Positions 63,035-64,000 of a stretch of DNA of 64,000 nucleotides are shown piece by piece. How positions within the stretch are numbered: position 1 is the stretch's first letter; every line of letters starts with the position of its first letter. The position numbers were made by a program, and so were the translations under genes. The stretch covers positions 60,229-124,228 of the forward strand of contig NMRA01000158.1 in assembly GCA_002633005.1 (NCBI GenBank), written 5' to 3'. This stretch comes from Phoronis australis. Lineage: Eukaryota; Animalia; Phoronida. A model generated the notes under the pieces. It saw only the letters and a list, made by a program, of their open reading frames with translations, had not been told where the DNA came from and did no database searches.

Positions 63035-63700
63035 AAGTTTTACTCTGCACAGGGGCTGTAGACAAGGTGATCCTCTTTCTCCATATGTTTTCATTTTATG
63101 TGCTGAAATATTGGCTATCATCACGAAACAAGATAGGGGAAAATAAAGGCATTCAAATAGGAAATGATGAATTTATACTTACTCAGTATGCTGATGACAG
63201 CGTTTTTCTTAGATGGTTCACGGCGTAGTTTGGAAGCTACTATGGACGTTTTGAGTAGATATGCAGATATGTCTGGTTTGAGGGTAAATTATTCCAAAAC
63301 CAATGTTATTTGGTCGGGCAGTAAAAAAATTGTTAAGATGTTTTCCATCACGCAAGATGGAAGTTGGAATGGGGCATAACGGAATTTAAGATGCTTGGTA
63401 TCAAGTTCAGCGTTAACCTAGAAAAAATGATTGACATCAACTACAATAAGAGGATTGATGAAATCAATAATCTTATCAAAATTTTGTTTAGAAGAAAAAT
63501 CTCCTTTTTTGAAAGTTACGGTGGTGAAGACCTTGATGGTGCCAAAAATTATTTACATAATGACAACCCTGCGTACTCCATCAGACATTACTATGAATGA
63601 ATTGAACGCAAGCATCTTTAAGTTTATTTGGAATAACAAAGTTGAGAGAGTGATGAGAGATGTATATACAAATTACATCAGTCTGACTACAAAGGTTTAA
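63035..63700 (+). mobile_element. Tx1/L1-type RT fragment
   Basis: RGCRQGDPLSPYVFILCAEILA..KGIQIG..TQYADD..SGLRVNYSKT..FKMLGI..FKFIWNNK, frameshifted. Confidence 0.85.
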
Positions 63701-64000
63701 ATAACTCTACCTAATTGCTTCACAGTTTGAGAACTGATATGAAACATATGAATCTTAAATAAAAAAATGAAGACATAAACTCAGCTGGCACAGGTTTCAG
63801 AACATTTTAGTACTAACCAATGTGTTGAGTTATCTTAGATCTACAAAATAAGATAAAAGATCCCCTGGCACTAACGGATTTCATGTCATTTGAAATCGAA
63901 AGTGACTAGTGGTTACGTCACTTCACTACCTATGAGTAATGCCGACAAACGTCAACAAAAAGTGAATATTTGCTACTAGTTGGCCTGCAAACTGCGAATC

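Overview
AT-rich, intron-containing animal DNA, most likely a marine invertebrate judging by the repeat families. It has three single-N assembly breaks (2634, 10625, 15448). The window is mainly a nest of decayed transposons whose insertion order can be rebuilt to the base. A Tx1/L1-type LINE is split in ORF1 by a 17.6-kb ISL2EU-type element (THAP plus SWIM-YqaJ). That element contains Helentron-like (HINE/DINE-1-type) copies carrying a second ISL2EU-type element, and an Academ element carrying a CR1/L2-group LINE with a 2A (StopGo) motif and a Penelope-type hammerhead fragment. Also present are a decayed Gypsy element, a TTAA-targeting TIR element with unusual GT termini, a tRNA-derived SINE, MITEs and a ~2.9-kb near-identical duplication. 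The non-TE signals are one intact, intronless V8/glutamyl-endopeptidase-like serine protease ORF and two divergent barrier-to-autointegration-factor (BAF)-like coding exons. The BAF-like exons share a paralogous upstream block that occurs three times, and I could not find their second coding exon. All calls come from motif recognition by eye; no database search was run.
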